NCBI GenBank assembly: GCA_050251945.1
Contig: JBFWLW010000011.1
Coordinates: 1-64,000 of the forward strand
Source: Deferribacterales bacterium
Lineage (GTDB): Bacteria > Chrysiogenota > Deferribacteres > Deferribacterales > Geovibrionaceae
Direction of reading: 5' to 3'
DNA length: 64,000 bases
In this document: in pieces, positions 49,071-57,491 of the stretch
How positions within the stretch are numbered: position 1 is the first letter of the stretch
Layout: each line of letters starts with the position of its first letter
The notes under the pieces: generated by a model
What the model was told of the DNA's origin: nothing
What the model saw: the letters and a program-made list of their open reading frames with translations, nothing else
The model's database searches: none
Program-made: the position numbers and the translations under genes

Positions 49071-49175
49071 CAAAAATAACGGTGTGGAGAAGTTTAAGTG
49101 AGATTATGTTGTTATTCGGGTTGTTATATTCTTCCACGGGTATGTACCGATAATATATAAAATGAGGAGATATGT

Positions 49176-49649
49176 ATGAAGTATATTATTGCTGTCCTGA
49201 TTTTACTGACGCTGTTCGGGTGTGCGGACAAAGAGAGGCTGGCTTCATCAAGCGGAAGCCCGGAGGCTCTGGTGAAATGTGCTGACGAGAAGAAGGTGCG
49301 TATCGCCGTTAAACTTTGGATAGCGGAGAGCGGATACTTTCTGGTAAAGGACAGATATGACCTTATTCTTTTCAGAAAGCCGGAAGAGGGGTTCGGGGTT
49401 TCGATGTCGAATATGATGTCCAAAGCTGTCAATCCGGCGAACCCGTCTAAAAACTACTATGAAGTTGAGTGCAGATTCACCACTGTCGGTGACTCCACCC
49501 GTGTTACTGCGACGCTTCTTAAAAGCAGGGTGGACGCCTTCGGAAATAGAAACTCCGAGATCGTGACAGACATGGAAGAGATTGAGAAGTTTAAAGAAGA
49601 GGTGATGCTCCCCATGAAAAAAATGGTGGAAGAGTCTTGTGGTTCCTGA
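49176..49649 (+). CDS. Hypothetical lipoprotein
   Basis: GAGGAG RBS and lipobox LFGC. Confidence 0.8.
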   Translation: MKYIIAVLILLTLFGCADKERLASSSGSPEALVKCADEKKVRIAVKLWIAESGYFLVKDRYDLILFRKPEEGFGVSMSNMMSKAVNPANPSKNYYEVECRFTTVGDSTRVTATLLKSRVDAFGNRNSEIVTDMEEIEKFKEEVMLPMKKMVEESCGS

Positions 49650-49954
49650 TTTGTAGCGGCAGTCATACTTCCGGTCTGTAACATTTACATTTTATGTAAT
49701 TCTATTGATGAGCAGATAATTTTCAGCTTTTATCAACACTCAGAATATGAGTAATTAACCGATATATTGTCTGTTTTGAATTATGTCTTTATTTACAGTC
49801 GGTTGTGAATTTGTATGCAAGTTCGTCAGTAATTCTTTTTTATCTTTATCTGCTTTGTTCTGATATCCCACAATTCTATAATATAGAAAAAGCTATGAGT
49901 CATTTGCGTGATATATGTTTCTATACCAATATCTTAACTATCGAGATGAACTTC

Positions 49955-49970
49955 TGGCATATCCGTTGCA
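49955..49970 (+). promoter_or_regulatory. Sigma54 (-24/-12) promoter of module 3
   Basis: TGGCAT-ATCCG-TTGCA, with a perfect palindrome TTCTATA-A-TATAGAA at 49874..49888 as candidate UAS. Confidence 0.75.
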
Positions 49971-50035
49971 TATAACAGGTTACTGATGCGGGCTGTTTGT
50001 CTGCACATGTACTTTATATGTTTTTAGGAGGTTTT

Positions 50036-51577
50036 ATGAGTACTTTTCTCAAGTCTTTTGTATTGGCGTTGCTTTGCATGGTGGGAATGATACCCGGTGC
50101 TTATGCAAAAGAGACAGTTTACAACTATGATGTTGTAGTGGTCGGTTCAGGTGCGGCCGGACTTGCAGCTGCTCTTGAAGCTGCCGAGGACGGTCTTAAA
50201 ACGGCACTTATTGAAAAGAGGGCCGCTCTCGGAGGTTCATCGCTATTTATCGAGGGAACGTTTGCTGCCGGAACACCCTGGCAGAAATCCGAATATATCG
50301 GAAATGCCGCTGATCCGGACGAAATGTTCAAGCAGGTTATGGCTTATAACCACTGGCGCACCAATGCACCTCTAGCGAGGAAATGGATAAAAAATTCAGC
50401 GTCCACACTCGGCTGGATCCATGACCATGGAGTGATAATTGAAGAACCAAGGACGCTCATGATGGACGGCAACAGAACATGGCACATCTTTAAAGACGGT
50501 AAAGGTGTTCAGTTTATTGAAACTATGGTGAAGAGCATAAGGAACGCGGGGGGAGATATCTATACGGAAACCGCCGGCAAAGAACTTATCACAGATAAAA
50601 AAGGCAACGTTACCGGAATAATGGCTGAAACCGCTGAGGGAGATAAAATCAGGTTTAATGCCAAAGGCGGTGTCGTTATAGCCACCGGCGGTTTTATAGA
50701 CAACAAGGAAATGATGAAAAAATACGGCATCAGACCCGATTACCTTATCATAGGACCGAAAGAAGGACATGGCGGGGATGATATGAAAATGTTTGAGTCC
50801 ATAGGAGCTAAAATGGATAACAACATGGGAATTCATCTTGCCATCGGTACATGGCTTCCCGGCAAGGACCCCAATACTCAGCTGCCTATTATGGGGATGT
50901 ACACTCAGCTTACAGCTGTTCTCCGCCAGCCCTATCTCTGGGTTAATGAAAACGGGAAAAGATTTTTTGATGAAAGCCAGTCGAACAACTGGAGCTTCAG
51001 CAACAATGCTGTTGAACTCAACGGCGGAATGTATTTCGGAGTGTTTGATGAAAACATCAAAAAATATATGATCGAGGAAGGTATTGACGTTTCACACAGC
51101 GACTGGGCGAGAATCGGCGCAAAACTCGACAAGCTTGAAGAAGGCTTGAAAGCCGGTGAAAAAGAGGGCTATGTGTACAAAGCAAATTCCCTTGAAGAAC
51201 TCGCCGATAAAATGGGAATAGATAAAAAGACATTTCTTGAAACAGTCAGAAAATCCAATCAGTATTCAAGACAGGGATATGACGAGGAATTTCTTAAACC
51301 AAGAAAATACCTGAAACCCATTGAAAAAGCACCGTTTTATGCCATTAAGGGACTTAGCGGTACACTCATAACTCTCAGCGGTCCGCTGACCAATGAAGAG
51401 ATGCAGGTTCTGAGCGATTCCACAGGTAAACCCATTAAAGGTCTCTATGTGGCAGGATGTGCAACCGGCGGTGTTTACGGAATGGATTATCACCTCATTC
51501 TCGAAGGCGCTGCCAGCTCATTTGCTCTGAATTCAGGAAGATTCGCTGCCCAACATATTGCGGCAACACTTAAATAG
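50036..51577 (+). CDS. Periplasmic FAD-dependent oxidoreductase (flavocytochrome c flavin subunit), module 3
   Basis: Sec-type signal from MSTFLK after AGGAGG; VVVGSGAAG, VIATGGF and GLYVAG. Confidence 0.9.
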   Translation: MSTFLKSFVLALLCMVGMIPGAYAKETVYNYDVVVVGSGAAGLAAALEAAEDGLKTALIEKRAALGGSSLFIEGTFAAGTPWQKSEYIGNAADPDEMFKQVMAYNHWRTNAPLARKWIKNSASTLGWIHDHGVIIEEPRTLMMDGNRTWHIFKDGKGVQFIETMVKSIRNAGGDIYTETAGKELITDKKGNVTGIMAETAEGDKIRFNAKGGVVIATGGFIDNKEMMKKYGIRPDYLIIGPKEGHGGDDMKMFESIGAKMDNNMGIHLAIGTWLPGKDPNTQLPIMGMYTQLTAVLRQPYLWVNENGKRFFDESQSNNWSFSNNAVELNGGMYFGVFDENIKKYMIEEGIDVSHSDWARIGAKLDKLEEGLKAGEKEGYVYKANSLEELADKMGIDKKTFLETVRKSNQYSRQGYDEEFLKPRKYLKPIEKAPFYAIKGLSGTLITLSGPLTNEEMQVLSDSTGKPIKGLYVAGCATGGVYGMDYHLILEGAASSFALNSGRFAAQHIAATLK

Positions 51578-51643
51578 CCTTCGATATTCTTAACATTGGG
51601 GCGGGTCAGCCGCCCCTTCAATCCATTATTTCGGGGTATTATT

Positions 51644-51994
51644 ATGAAAGCGTTGATTACATTTGTTATTTTACTGGTTTTGTCTTTCGCCTTCTCATTA
51701 TACGCTTCTGAAAACTCTCTTAGAGGGAAGCACTTGCAGGCGAATCTTAAATGCGTGGACTGTCACGAAACATCCTCGCCTGATAAACCTGCAAAAACAT
51801 CGGTCTGTATAGGCTGCCACGACAAGGGACCCGACGTTATTGTGGAAACCAGTGTTGAGCATTACGTTTACAAGCTTCCAGTCCACAATGCACACACAGG
51901 ACCACTCCGCTGTGTTTTGTGCCATAAAGTTCACAAACCATCAGAGCTGATGTGCAAACAGTGCCACCCCCAGTTTGAGGTCATGGTACCTTAA
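51644..51994 (+). CDS. Periplasmic tetraheme cytochrome c, module 3
   Basis: Signal peptide from MKALIT; CVDCH, CIGCH, CVLCH, CKQCH. Confidence 0.9.
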   Translation: MKALITFVILLVLSFAFSLYASENSLRGKHLQANLKCVDCHETSSPDKPAKTSVCIGCHDKGPDVIVETSVEHYVYKLPVHNAHTGPLRCVLCHKVHKPSELMCKQCHPQFEVMVP

Positions 51995-52015
51995 TTTGAT
52001 ATCCGGAGGTCGGGC

Positions 52016-53224
52016 ATGCCGATAATCATTAATTCGGGGCGGAATAACAGGTCATTTATGCTGATGTTCGGTATAAATTTTCTGGCTACGCTGGCATTCG
52101 GCATGTTCGACACATTTCTGCCTGTTTTTTTTGCTGATAAAGGCACGGTTGGGCTTATGCTGGGCATAACCCTTGGTGCATATTCTTTGTCCAAAACGCT
52201 TCTCAGTCCGGCAATGGGCAGATTAGCGGATTTGAACAACAGGTTCGTGCTGCTGGCTGCCGCAGTTTTTATATACATATTCGCGGCATTTTTATGTTTT
52301 TTTTCAAAAACGACTCTCTTATTTATTTTTTCCAGAATTCTGCATGGCGCAGCCTGTGCAGTTTTTCGCCCTGTCGTTGTTTCACTTGTAAATGATTCAG
52401 TGCCTGAAAACAATAAACCTGTTCTTCTGGGGATTTTCGATTCCTCATTTTATGCCGCCGCCGGTATTGCCCCGTTTTTTGCAGGAATTATCGGTCTGTC
52501 GGTCGGTATGATGGGGATAACATTTGCTGCCGCGGCTTTATGTCTGTGTGTTGCTGTTCTTGCGGTTTTTTGCGCCCGCTCTGAAAAGTTTGAATTCCGT
52601 GGTCCGGTATGTGAGACTTACGGGAAAAACAGATGCAGTAACAGACTTTCAGCACTTTACATTTTCATATTCGGGAGGGCATCTGTTATCTCCATGATAC
52701 TGGCGCTCACTCCTGTTTATATCATTAATATAATGAAACTTGACTATCCGTCAGCCGGTCTGCTGTCCTCCGTTTCAACTATTTGTACCGTTCTGGCGTT
52801 ATATCCGTCCGGTCGGCTGGCAGTCAGATACCATGGGAAAAAGATGATGGCGGCAGGTATGGTTATCGGGTCTCTCATGTATGCGATTGTACCGCTTGTA
52901 AGTTCTTATTCGGGGCTGTTATTTGTTTTTTCTCTTGCTGGGGTCGCAGGTGGGCTATCGCAACCCGCATGTTCTGCCATGCTGATGGAAGAGGGGGCGA
53001 AGTCAGGTTTGGGAGCCTGTTCAGGAAAGTTTAATTTTTTTATGAATTTAGGGTTTGCTGTGGGATCTGTGTCCGGGTCGTTTGTATTTTATCATTTCGG
53101 ATTCCGGTATCTTTTCTTTTTTGCATCGATTGTAGGCTTACTGTCACTTTTTGTATTTTTGAACGTATATAATATGCATTATTTTGTTGAACCGGATGCT
53201 CTCGGTTCAGAAAGAAGCCTTTAA
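52016..53224 (+). CDS. MFS transporter, module 3
   Basis: GRLADL motif A; FRPV, FDSSFY, SQPAC and NLGF shared with the paralogs. Confidence 0.9.
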   Translation: MPIIINSGRNNRSFMLMFGINFLATLAFGMFDTFLPVFFADKGTVGLMLGITLGAYSLSKTLLSPAMGRLADLNNRFVLLAAAVFIYIFAAFLCFFSKTTLLFIFSRILHGAACAVFRPVVVSLVNDSVPENNKPVLLGIFDSSFYAAAGIAPFFAGIIGLSVGMMGITFAAAALCLCVAVLAVFCARSEKFEFRGPVCETYGKNRCSNRLSALYIFIFGRASVISMILALTPVYIINIMKLDYPSAGLLSSVSTICTVLALYPSGRLAVRYHGKKMMAAGMVIGSLMYAIVPLVSSYSGLLFVFSLAGVAGGLSQPACSAMLMEEGAKSGLGACSGKFNFFMNLGFAVGSVSGSFVFYHFGFRYLFFFASIVGLLSLFVFLNVYNMHYFVEPDALGSERSL

Positions 53225-53227
53225 CGC

Positions 53228-54829
53228 TCATTTGTTATATTCTTTAAGTTTTTTATACAGCGTTGAAATACCTATGTTCAGTTTTTCAGCCGCCAGATTT
53301 TTGTCACCACAGGAAATTTCCAGCGCGTATAAAATATAATTCTTAATGACACGCTCAAGTGGTGTTATTTCATTTTCTCCGGTCGGAACATTGGGAAATT
53401 CTCTGATATCGTTCGGAAGGCTCTCTGATTCCACAAAATTAGTCGGTGTTACAACAACTGATCTTTCAATAATATTCTGAAGCTCTCTTACATTGCCGGG
53501 CCACGAGTAGTGCAGCAGACAGTTTGCTGCCAGACTGGAAATTCCCGTAACATTTTTTTTCAGCTTGCACGATGTTCTTTTTAAAAAAAGGTAAGCCAGC
53601 GGCAAAATATCTTCTTTTCGGTCGCGGAGAGGCGGAATTGTTATTTCAATGACTTTCAGTCTGTAATACAGGTCTCTGCGGAAGTTTCCTTTTTCCACTT
53701 CATCTGCAAGTTTCTTGTTTGTTGCGGCGATTATGCGGACGTCGATATGTCTGCTGTGGCTTTCACCGACACGTCTTATCTCCATTTCCTGTAAAACTCT
53801 TAGCAATTTAACCTGCATGGAAAGTGACATTTCGCCTATTTCATCCAGAAAGACAGTACCCGGATCCGCTTCTTCAAACAACCCTTTGTGATCTCTGGTC
53901 GCTCCGGTGAATGCTCCCTTCATATGCCCGAAAAGCTCGCTTTCCAGCAGATTTTCAGTGAAAGCACCGCAGTTAACCACTATGAATGGTTTTTTGCTTC
54001 TTGATGAATTATTATGAATAAAACGTGCGATAACCTCTTTACCAGTGCCGCTTTCACCGCTGATAACCACGGAAGAACTGAATCTGGATGTAATCGACGC
54101 CATCTCAAGAACGCCTTGCATTGCTGTACTTCTTGCGATGATTTCGGCGGTTGTACTTACGGAGGACAGTTTTTTCTGGCAGCTTTTCAGGCTTTCCTGT
54201 GCCTGTTGTAATTTTTGAGCCATATCTTTCAATATGGCATTTGAAGATGCCATGCCGTAAAAAGGGAGGTGGTCATCAAGTTCACTTCCCCAGTCTTCCT
54301 TATTCATTCCGCGCATTGTGCAGCATTTATCCCCTTTACCGGTACATTCAACTTCGACAAAATAGAATTCCCTGTTCCTTTTGAAGGTTTCAAATCCGCT
54401 TGCAAAGCCGGTTAATGTCCAGCAGACGCACTTATTGGATAAACCGAAGTTCATGACGTGTTGTTCTGATTCGTATGAATTTTCTATCACCGCAAGAAAA
54501 GCTTTTTGTCCGTTTATCTCCGCTTCGGAAACGTCCAGTGCGCACACAAGTCCAAGAAGAGTGTGCAGAGTGGCACCGGCATTCAGATTGGAAAAAAAAT
54601 CAGGATATTTGGTTTTGAGCATTTCTGCTGTTCTGTATCCGTGAGCGTATCCAAACCTTGTCAGAACATTTCTGGCACCGGACACACCGAAAGTTTCTAT
54701 AAGTTCTTTTCTCAGCAACCCTAATGCAACTGCATCGAAGATAAGCATTCTTTCTCCGAATATTGTGATGGATTTGTTGGCAGGCGATATTGACAGAAAA
54801 TCTTCAAGTTGGGTTTCAGAGATGCGCAT
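53228..54829 (-). CDS. XylR/DmpR-type sigma54 activator (XylR_N + V4R sensor)
   Basis: GERMLIF..LRKELI..LTRFGY, CWTLTGFASG, EVECTGKGDKCC, GESGTGKE, GAFTGA. Confidence 0.9.
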   Translation of the reverse strand: MRISETQLEDFLSISPANKSITIFGERMLIFDAVALGLLRKELIETFGVSGARNVLTRFGYAHGYRTAEMLKTKYPDFFSNLNAGATLHTLLGLVCALDVSEAEINGQKAFLAVIENSYESEQHVMNFGLSNKCVCWTLTGFASGFETFKRNREFYFVEVECTGKGDKCCTMRGMNKEDWGSELDDHLPFYGMASSNAILKDMAQKLQQAQESLKSCQKKLSSVSTTAEIIARSTAMQGVLEMASITSRFSSSVVISGESGTGKEVIARFIHNNSSRSKKPFIVVNCGAFTENLLESELFGHMKGAFTGATRDHKGLFEEADPGTVFLDEIGEMSLSMQVKLLRVLQEMEIRRVGESHSRHIDVRIIAATNKKLADEVEKGNFRRDLYYRLKVIEITIPPLRDRKEDILPLAYLFLKRTSCKLKKNVTGISSLAANCLLHYSWPGNVRELQNIIERSVVVTPTNFVESESLPNDIREFPNVPTGENEITPLERVIKNYILYALEISCGDKNLAAEKLNIGISTLYKKLKEYNK

Positions 54830-55175
54830 AGAGTTCCTTTATTATGGATTTGTTAAATAATTATACCACTTATTAATATGTATGCCTTAGATATTTTCCA
54901 CGTAACATGCCGGAAAATATAACCGGAGTAGTCTGAAATGTTTTAAAACTGGTTTTTTTTTATTTTTCTTAGCATAACCGAATCTGACGACAGAAACTGA
55001 CTCATATTAACAGTATCATATTTTAATAATCCCAGTGAAAATATGTTAGTATTGCGAGGACGAGATTATTGCTTATAGACTATTTTAAAGCCACTGAAAT
55101 GAAAACTATTATGAACTCAAAGCGAGCGAACCTGTACTACCTCGAATATTGCAGAATACTTGTTAATACTGGCAA

Positions 55176-55337
55176 TTTCCCTCTATGATGGGAAAAATAT
55201 GTAAGATTGACACTGCTTGCTTTTATTACTAATAATATTACTCGTATTTTCCTCTAAAAAGGGAAAAATGCTTGCTTTTTTCACCTCTTAGGGGAATTAT
55301 ATCTATAAGCAGAAGATATTCCCTTTATGGAGGGTAT
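55176..55337. promoter_or_regulatory. Four imperfect palindromic 20-mers (candidate HipB operators)
   Basis: TTTCCCTCT-N5-GGGAAA-like sites at 55176, 55247, 55278 and 55318; the last overlaps the RBS. Confidence 0.65.
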
Positions 55338-55342
55338 TTGTA

Positions 55343-55552
55343 ATGGAGCTGGCTGAGATTATCAAAGATACAAGGAAGGCGGCAGGGCTTACGCAGAAAG
55401 AGCTTGCCGACCATGCCGGAGTTGCAAAGAACCTTGTCTATGACCTTGAGAAAGGAAAGATGACTGTCAGGTATGAAAATATCCTTAAAGTGCTGGATGT
55501 TCTTAATATCAAGATTGAATACATCTCGCCTTTAGGTAATAGAAATGCGTAA
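55343..55552 (+). CDS. hipB: HipB-like HTH antitoxin/repressor
   Basis: RKAAGLTQKELADHAGV..LEKGK Xre HTH; first gene of a coupled three-gene operon. Confidence 0.8.
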   Translation: MELAEIIKDTRKAAGLTQKELADHAGVAKNLVYDLEKGKMTVRYENILKVLDVLNIKIEYISPLGNRNA

Positions 55553-55853
55553 GGCTATGGTTTATCAACAAGGCATACCGGCAGGATACCTCACCGAAAC
55601 CAACCACGGTTATGAATTTCTGTATTTGCCTGATTACTCAGGCTCTGTAATTTCTTTGACAATGCCAGTATCTGATGTGCCTTATATTTTTAATGAGTTT
55701 CCACCTTTCTTCGACGGGCTTCTGCCTGAAGGTTATCAACTGGAATCTTTGCTCAGAAGACTAAAGATTGACCGCACAGATTCATTCTCACAATTGATTG
55801 CTGTGGGGGCTGATCTTGTGGGTTCTGTCACTGTCGAGGAGGTGACAGAATGA
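55545..55853 (+). CDS. Stand-alone HipA N-terminal-domain protein (HipS-like)
   Basis: ISLTMP, PPFFDGLLPEG and DLVGSVTV motifs. Confidence 0.85.
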   Translation: MRKAMVYQQGIPAGYLTETNHGYEFLYLPDYSGSVISLTMPVSDVPYIFNEFPPFFDGLLPEGYQLESLLRRLKIDRTDSFSQLIAVGADLVGSVTVEEVTE

Positions 55854-56770
55854 GATGCCCTATCACCTATACGGAAACTGACAGCAGATACAGCACAGAC
55901 GGATTGAAGGCGATTAACCGAAACCTCAGAGAATTGCATGATTTACCCTATACAAAAGATGAGCTGCGTTTTGAGGCGGCTGCAAGATCTGAAAAAATGT
56001 CTATACAGGGCGTTCAACCGAAGTTATCAGCAAGATTAAACGTGAAAGAAGGCATGTTGGAACTTTGCGATAGAGGTGGGCAGTATATTCTCAAACCCCA
56101 GTCCGTTGATTACCATGAACTGCCTGAAAATGAAGATTTAACGATGCGGCTGGCAAAGACATATGGTCTTGAAGTTCCGCTCCATTTTATGATTTATGGA
56201 AAAGACGGCTCTTTGACATATGTGATAAAGAGATTTGACCGCAGAGGAAAGAATCAAAAACTGTCCGTGGAAGATTTTGCTCAGTTGTCAGGAGCAACAA
56301 GAGATACCAAATATCGCTCCAGCATGGAGCAGGTTGTGAAAATAATAGAAAAATATTGTACCTTCCCACAGGTTGAAAAAGAAAAGCTTTTCAGGCTTAC
56401 ATTATTTTCTTTCATTACAGGTAATGAAGACATGCACCTCAAAAACTTCTCACTGATTTATGAAGAAGAAAAAGTTCTGCTTTCACCAGTTTATGATCTT
56501 CTGAATACGACAATAGCCATCCCTAACCCGATAGAGGAGCTTGCATTGCCGCTCAGAGCCAAGAAAAACAAAATAACGAAGTCAGACCTTATCGATTATT
56601 TTGCAGCGGAAAGACTTGGCTTAAATGACAAGGTAATCAATAAAGCTGTCTCTCAGCTAAAATCTGCTTCATCAGAGTGGGAAAAGCTGATTAAGGTGAG
56701 TTTCCTATCCGGCAATATGCAAGATAAATATTTGAAGCTTCTTAGCGAACGCCGACAAAGATTGTTTTAG
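55850..56770 (+). CDS. HipA/HipT-family Ser kinase toxin
   Basis: MSIQGVQPK loop, YILKP, KRFDR, GNEDMHLKNFS and LSPVYD motifs. Confidence 0.92.
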   Translation: MRCPITYTETDSRYSTDGLKAINRNLRELHDLPYTKDELRFEAAARSEKMSIQGVQPKLSARLNVKEGMLELCDRGGQYILKPQSVDYHELPENEDLTMRLAKTYGLEVPLHFMIYGKDGSLTYVIKRFDRRGKNQKLSVEDFAQLSGATRDTKYRSSMEQVVKIIEKYCTFPQVEKEKLFRLTLFSFITGNEDMHLKNFSLIYEEEKVLLSPVYDLLNTTIAIPNPIEELALPLRAKKNKITKSDLIDYFAAERLGLNDKVINKAVSQLKSASSEWEKLIKVSFLSGNMQDKYLKLLSERRQRLF

Positions 56771-57206
56771 ATCTGACGAATATCAGACCTATGAATCGCC
56801 ACTTAATTAGTAGACAGATTTCTTGTTTATATCATAGTTCTTTTCAGATACAACAAAAGATAGATTTTTATTATTTTGTGCCTTGCGCTGGGTGTGACGT
56901 CTTCCCTATAAATCGTACCAAATAAAAGTAGAAAACTCTATGTTAACTTGGCTCTTTTGAAGGGAGGCTTACGATTCTATCAGAAAATAACCGCAGGTGT
57001 GCATATAGCGCCGATGATAAAGAGCGTTTTCTTGCTGATGTTGAAGGAGCCGAGGACTATCTGGTGGTTTTGGGCTGGTAGCACAACGGGAATGGTTGCG
57101 TTTTATGTTAGAAGGTTGCAATTTATGCTGTAAAAAGTTGCAATTTGCGTTTGAGCTTGTAGCATTTTATATAAGCAATTTGCGCTTGAGCTTATCCCCA
57201 GCATGC

Positions 57207-57239
57207 AAAAAAAAAGGCGCACCTTTCGGGTACACCCTT
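57207..57239 (-). terminator. Intrinsic terminator of the tRNA gene
   Basis: Minus strand AAGGGTGTACC-CGAA-AGGTGCGCCTT followed by a T-run. Confidence 0.7.
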
Positions 57240-57247
57240 CTTTCGTA

Positions 57248-57333
57248 TGCCGAGAGGGGGACTTGAACCCCCACAGGCTTTGACGCCCACAGGATCCTTA
57301 GTCCTGCGTGTCTACCAGTTCCACCACCTCGGC
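57248..57333 (-). tRNA. tRNA-Leu(AAG)
   Basis: Cloverleaf with GCCGAGG acceptor, D-loop GGAACTGGTAGAC, anticodon arm CAGGA-CTAAGGA-TCCTG, long variable arm, GGTTCAAGTCC T-arm and A discriminator. No encoded CCA. Confidence 0.93.
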
Positions 57334-57431
57334 GTTGCGAGAAACAGAAATTACATGAACACCAAATAAATGTCAAGAAACTTTTTTTACTTTTTTTATT
57401 TTTATTCCTTATTATACTCAGACCTAATATA

Positions 57432-57460
57432 TTGACAAAGATAGCGATAATATTTATACT
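57432..57460 (+). promoter_or_regulatory. Sigma70 promoter of the thrS operon
   Basis: TTGACA-17 nt-TATACT. Confidence 0.75.
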
Positions 57461-57491
57461 TTATCGCTCAAATACCCATAGGGAGACCATT

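Noticed and set aside
48970..49137. 56-aa N-terminal extension of the histidine kinase in the ORF track
   Set aside because: It overlaps the predicted promoter box and -10 element; MNIISK gives a normal N-terminal TM start.
56948..57133. 61-aa ORF upstream of the tRNA repeats
   Set aside because: TTG start with no clear RBS and no motif; cannot be supported.
57290..57306. Reading the anticodon as TAA or TAG
   Set aside because: The stem CAGGA/TCCTG fixes a 7-nt loop CTAAGGA whose central triplet is AAG.
57167..57376. 69-aa minus-strand ORF
   Set aside because: It is a translation of the tRNA-Leu gene and its flanks.
57334..57491. T-box or attenuator before thrS (or before pheS at 60550..60740)
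   Set aside because: The thrS leader is only about 25 nt after the promoter, and no T-box motif or Phe-rich leader peptide is seen; the pheS leader is explained by a terminator and a repeat copy.
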